Origin: an uncultured Planctomycetota bacterium
Lineage (GTDB): Bacteria > Planctomycetota > Planctomycetia > Isosphaerales > Isosphaeraceae
DNA length: 64,000 nt
Direction of reading: 5' to 3'
Assembly (NCBI GenBank): GCA_963737655.1
Contig: CAVTTN010000002.1
Location: 448,001 to 512,000 of the forward strand
Shown here: positions 59,954 through 64,000 of the stretch, one piece after another
How positions within the stretch are numbered: position 1 is the first letter of the stretch
Layout: each line of letters begins with the position of its first letter
Notes under the pieces: generated by a model
What the model was told of the DNA's origin: nothing
The model's database searches: none
The model's input: the letters and a program-made list of their open reading frames with translations, nothing else
Position numbers and translations under genes: made by a program

Positions 59954-60510
59954 GGATTGGGCAGCCTGGAAAGGCCGGGGGATCCGCGACGACCTTGACT
60001 TTGGGCAAGGTCATCGCCGGATGTGTTCGCGCATGCACATCGGACGTCGCCAGGAGGTCAGCAAGTCCCCCTCGCACCGAACTTGACAACACATTTCGTC
60101 GCAAATGCGCGAAAAGGGCGGAAATTCCCGGCATTTCCCCCGCGCAACGCCGAGTGCGCACAGAATTTCCGACATATTTTCCGCCCAGAATTCCTCGGTC
60201 GCAAAACCTTGTATCCACACAAGATCCGGCTCGACCCGTTTCGAGTCGTCCTCCCCGGAATGCGCCCCAAACCTGCACACTTCCGGGGCTTGGCAATCCA
60301 TTCACGTTGGTTTAATCGATCGCAAGTTTGCGCGTAGAACTGACCATCCTGAGACCGGGCGTCCTCGGATTTCGTGCTCGGCCCGGGGCGGCGTCACGAT
60401 GATTCCCGGACGAGGCTCGGGCCTCGATCGCCCTTAACCGATCGCCCGTCTTCTGATACCGTTCGCCCGACCGGCCCCGGACTCGGGGATCGGCCCCGGA
60501 GGCCCGTGCC

Positions 60511-61515
60511 ATGTCGCGAGGGGAGCATCCCGACGCCCCGACGATCAGCGTCGTCGTCCCCCTGTTCAATGAGCGGGAGACGATCGCCGAACTCCATCGC
60601 CGGATCGCCGAAGTCCTGGACGAGCTGGATGTTCCGGCCGAAATCGTGCTCGTGGACGACGGCTCCAGCGACGCCACACCCCATCTTCTGGACACCCTCG
60701 CCGACGCGGACCCCCGGGTCCGCCCCGTCCACCTGACCCGCAATTTCGGCCATCAGGCCGCCGTCTCGGCCGGGATCGACCTGGCCCGGGGGGAGGCGGT
60801 GATCGTCCTCGACGGCGACTTGCAGGACCCTCCCGAACTCATCCCCGACCTCCTCCGGCTCTGGAAGGAGGGGAACGACGTCGTGTTCGCCGTCCGCCGA
60901 CGGCGCCGGGGGTCGTTCCTCAAACTCCTGGCCTACAAGATCTTCTATCGAATCCTCGGGGCCGTCTCCGACCTCCCCATCCCGCTCGATTCGGGCGATT
61001 TCGGCCTGATGGATCGCCGGGTCGTGGACGCCCTGAAGCGCCTCCCCGAACGGGTCCGGTTCGTCCGGGGATTGCGGGCCTTCGTCGGCTTCCGTCAAGT
61101 TGGGCTCGAATACGATCGGCCAGACCGCCTGGCGGGCGAACCCAAATATACCGTTTCCAAACTTTTCGCATTGGCCGCCGACGGCCTCGTGAGCTTCAGC
61201 GCCCGCCCGTTGCGGCTGGTCACGGCGCTGGGCCTCGCCTCCGCGGCCGTCGCCCTGGGCCTGACCGCCTGGGTCCTGGCCGACGCCCTGGCCACCCGGA
61301 CCGCCCCCCGAGGCTGGGCCAGCACCCTGGTCGTCGTCCTCTTCATGGGATCGGTCCAGCTCCTGAGCCTCGGGATCATCGGCGAATACATCCGCCTGAT
61401 CTTCCTCGAAGCCAAGGGACGCCCGACGTATCTCATTCGTGAGCCAGAACTTGAGGACGAACGAGAGGTCGTCCCGTCCCTCTCCGAAGGGCGGCGGCGA
61501 GGGCGGCCCTCATGA
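60511..61515 (+). CDS. GT2 polyprenol-phosphate glycosyltransferase (GtrB/DPM1-like)
   Basis: VVVPLFNE, VDDGSSD, RNFGHQAA, DGDLQDPPE, GDFGL, two C-terminal TMs, IGEYI..RPTY. Confidence 0.92.
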   Translation: MSRGEHPDAPTISVVVPLFNERETIAELHRRIAEVLDELDVPAEIVLVDDGSSDATPHLLDTLADADPRVRPVHLTRNFGHQAAVSAGIDLARGEAVIVLDGDLQDPPELIPDLLRLWKEGNDVVFAVRRRRRGSFLKLLAYKIFYRILGAVSDLPIPLDSGDFGLMDRRVVDALKRLPERVRFVRGLRAFVGFRQVGLEYDRPDRLAGEPKYTVSKLFALAADGLVSFSARPLRLVTALGLASAAVALGLTAWVLADALATRTAPRGWASTLVVVLFMGSVQLLSLGIIGEYIRLIFLEAKGRPTYLIREPELEDEREVVPSLSEGRRRGRPS

Positions 61516-62426
61516 TCGAGCGATGGAGCTCCGGCGATCCCACCGATCATATGGACGAGGCGATCCTCACCCGGCTCGCCCCTCGGATCGAGCGTCACCC
61601 CTGGTGGAAGGCCCGCGCCCGCCTGACCGTGGCCCTCCTGGACCGCCTGATCGGCCGAGATCGCCCAGACACCCGCGTTCTCGACGCCGGATGCGGCTGG
61701 GGCGTCACCCTCAAGGCCCTCGAACGTGCCGGCTACTTCGCCGCCGGGCTCGATGTCTCGCGGAAGGCCCTGGAACGGCTCGACCGGCCCGGCCGAACCC
61801 TGATCGAGGCCGACCTGACGAAGCCGTTCCCCTCGATTCAACCCCTTTATGACGCGGTCCTTGCGCTCGACGTGATCGAGCACCTCGACGACGACCGGGC
61901 GGCCGTCGAATCCCTCTCGCGGCTGGTCCGGCCGGGAGGCGTCCTGATCCTCAGCGTCCCGGCGTTGCCCGACCTCTTCACCGAATTCGACCGGGTCCAG
62001 GGCCACCGGCGCCGGTATCTCCCCGAAACCCTTCGGGATGCCATCCCCGGCGGTCTCCTGAACGTCGAACAGGTGTTCTGGTGGGGTTCGTGGCTCGTCG
62101 ATCGGCTCCGACGCTCCCGAAAACGTCCCCGATCTCGCCCCGGCGACTCAGCTGACGCAATTTACGGTCGTTACCTGAATCTCCCACCCGCACCACTCCG
62201 CCCCCTCCTCGATCTCGCATTCCATCTGGAGAAACGATCGGCCCTCCGAGGGGCGTTGAAGACCGGCACGTCCCTCTTCGCCGTGGCCCGAAGGCCGATT
62301 CTGGGGCCCTCCGGCGGCGGGGCTTTCTATCGGCCGTCCCCCTCGTCCGGGACCGCTCGCGAGGGAACCACGGCCCAGGCCGAAACCTTCCGGCCCTCCG
62401 CATCTCGTGCGGTGACCGAGACATAG
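61512..62426 (+). CDS. Class I SAM-dependent methyltransferase
   Basis: HPWWKAR, VLDAGCGWG, LDVIEHL, SVPA..D...GHRRRY; ATGA-coupled to GT2. Confidence 0.85.
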   Translation: MIERWSSGDPTDHMDEAILTRLAPRIERHPWWKARARLTVALLDRLIGRDRPDTRVLDAGCGWGVTLKALERAGYFAAGLDVSRKALERLDRPGRTLIEADLTKPFPSIQPLYDAVLALDVIEHLDDDRAAVESLSRLVRPGGVLILSVPALPDLFTEFDRVQGHRRRYLPETLRDAIPGGLLNVEQVFWWGSWLVDRLRRSRKRPRSRPGDSADAIYGRYLNLPPAPLRPLLDLAFHLEKRSALRGALKTGTSLFAVARRPILGPSGGGAFYRPSPSSGTAREGTTAQAETFRPSASRAVTET

Positions 62427-64000
62427 AGCGCCCCGGACTCGGCCGAAGGCCGATCCAGGCGGAGCGGCGGAGCGGCGAGGAAGCGACGGCCCCGGATCGG
62501 CGTCTCTCCCCAGAGCGCCCTCAAACTCGACGCATCCAGCCCGCCTCCTAGCGCCTCGACCCGATCCGGCCCCGGTCGGAGCGGTCCCCAGCGGATCGCC
62601 ACGGGTTCCAGGTCCCGACCGTCCCTCTCGCGGAACCCCAGGTGCAATTCCGACCCCACTCTCCGGGCCTCCAGGTCAAGACGGGGGATCTGGGAAGACA
62701 GGGGAATGGCCGTGACCTGGAGATGAGCCGCCGCGGTCGTCTCGACCTCCACCGAGACCGCCCCGGTCGCCGACCCCTCGACGATCAGGTATCGAGTCGT
62801 CGTCCCCTCTGCAACCCAGCAAAGGCTCGGCTCGCCGGGCTCGACCCTCGTGAATCGAGGGCCGCCGCGATCCTCGGCGCCCCCTCCCACGCTCTCCCTC
62901 GCCAAGGCGGCCGTCCAGCCCCGGTACAGGTCGGCGAAGGAACGGCCGGTGGCCTTCTCCAGATTCTCCATCCCACGCAAATTCGAGCGGACCAGCGAGC
63001 GGAGCAGGTCGGGGCCCACCTCCCCGGCGCACCAGCGGAGGAACAGGTAGGTGCTGCCCCGATGGCCGTGGCTCCGAATCAATTCGGGCGAGTCGTAATC
63101 GTTCACCAGGAGACGATAGCGTTCGGGTTCGGAAAGAAACGACGCGACCCGATGCTCCAGGTTCGTCCGCGAGAAACCGTGGAGGTCTTCCGAAAGGTGG
63201 GCCTCGGCCTCGTCCAGCCAGCCCTCCTCGTCGCCCGAATGGCCCTCGATGACCTTCCGGCAATACGTGGCCGCATGGGTGTATTCGTGGGCGATCACGG
63301 TCCGCAAATGAGGTCCGGCGCCCAATTTCGCGTTCAAGAACATCACGTCGGCGTGGTTTGAGAGCGGAACCGGTAGGTTTTGGTCGAAATCCGCGCCCCG
63401 GACAAACCCGTCCACCGAGAGCCGGCCATCGGCCAGGCGATCGAGCCAGCCGGTCAGGAGGACGGCGAACCGGCCGTCGCCATCGACGTCCCGGGCCCGG
63501 CCGAACTCCACCTCTGCCAGGGGGATCACGGCCCGATCGAAGGTGGCCAGCACATCCTGGACAACCCTCTCCTCCACTCTTCGCTCATCATCCACGTCCA
63601 CATAAACGGCCACGGTTTGCCCAGTCCCCCGCAACCGCCCGCGGACCGTCCGATAATTGCTGGGACTGGCGGGATCGCCCTCCCGAACCGGCAAGGAAAA
63701 CGCCCGAAATGGCGAAAGATGAGGCGTTTCGGGAATCCTGGAAAATTGGGAAAACGCGGGAAGGAGGCAAGGGGGCCGTCGCGGTCCATCGAAGGCCAAT
63801 CGCGGGGCCTCGGGGTGGTCGGACGCCCGGACGGTGACGCGGACGGGGAAGGGGCCGGGTTTGCGGGTCAGGCAAGAAACGACGAGCAACGTCCGCTCGT
63901 TCCGAGACCGGCCCGGGGCCGAGAACCGGGCCCGGCCGCCCTCCACGGCGATCGGCACGGGGCGATCGTGGGCCCAGCCCGGTCCCGGGTCGTCCGCCCG
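62327..64000 (-). CDS. Zn metallopeptidase (M30/hyicolysin-like); 5' end likely beyond the window
   Basis: DVDGDG, TVIAHEYTH (HExxH), GWLDEAEAH third ligand, YLFLRW. Confidence 0.75.
   Translation of the reverse strand, partial: RADDPGPGWAHDRPVPIAVEGGRARFSAPGRSRNERTLLVVSCLTRKPGPFPVRVTVRASDHPEAPRLAFDGPRRPPCLLPAFSQFSRIPETPHLSPFRAFSLPVREGDPASPSNYRTVRGRLRGTGQTVAVYVDVDDERRVEERVVQDVLATFDRAVIPLAEVEFGRARDVDGDGRFAVLLTGWLDRLADGRLSVDGFVRGADFDQNLPVPLSNHADVMFLNAKLGAGPHLRTVIAHEYTHAATYCRKVIEGHSGDEEGWLDEAEAHLSEDLHGFSRTNLEHRVASFLSEPERYRLLVNDYDSPELIRSHGHRGSTYLFLRWCAGEVGPDLLRSLVRSNLRGMENLEKATGRSFADLYRGWTAALARESVGGGAEDRGGPRFTRVEPGEPSLCWVAEGTTTRYLIVEGSATGAVSVEVETTAAAHLQVTAIPLSSQIPRLDLEARRVGSELHLGFRERDGRDLEPVAIRWGPLRPGPDRVEALGGGLDASSLRALWGETPIRGRRFLAAPPLRLDRPSAESGALYVSVTARDAEGRKVSAWAVVPSRAVPDEGDGR

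Noticed and set aside
60205..60225. oriC based on a DnaA-box-like sequence
   Set aside because: Only one imperfect box; no cluster and no dnaA/dnaN context
62327..62426. 100-bp convergent overlap of methyltransferase and peptidase as a regulatory feature
   Set aside because: The methyltransferase tail looks like non-conserved read-through, common in high-GC genomes
1..64000. tRNA, rRNA, riboswitch, prophage, integrase or IS transposase
   Set aside because: None recognisable by inspection; a covariance-model scan would be needed to exclude small RNAs

Overview
High-GC (roughly 70% by eye) chromosomal window of about 50 CDSs. Gene content (DUF1549/1553 + DUF1501 pair, PEP-CTERM protein, TPR-Ser/Thr kinase, many signal-peptide proteins) suggests a planctomycete, probably Isosphaeraceae-like (inference). 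No rRNA, tRNA, CRISPR array, integrase or transposase was seen. Left to right: an Mre11/SbcD-like nuclease plus SMC-like ATPase pair, metabolic and housekeeping genes (M20 amidohydrolase, D-TA PLP enzyme, glyS, comB), TPR/AAA genes, a block of secreted enzymes, a DUF1549/1553-DUF1501 cluster, an 11.8-kb non-canonical Kdp K+-uptake locus, an EPS/nucleotide-sugar cluster with a PEP-CTERM gene, a Ser/Thr kinase, a GT2-methyltransferase pair and a metallopeptidase. The most notable system is the Kdp locus. It has no KdpE. It carries a truncated KdpD(N)-Usp, a separate 4HB-HAMP-PAS kinase, a sigma54 (NtrC/AlgB-like) activator with a near-consensus -24/-12 promoter and candidate enhancer, a REC-TPR protein, two small membrane peptides, a 70-aa unknown gene, and a KdpC with a ~250-aa coiled-coil/TPR extension. 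Several palindromic REP-like repeat families are also present, including a 237-bp nested palindrome. About 10 genes are split by apparent small indels, mostly in G/C runs and including the essential glyS, which points to long-read assembly error rather than real pseudogenes. All family assignments are from motif recognition, not database searches.
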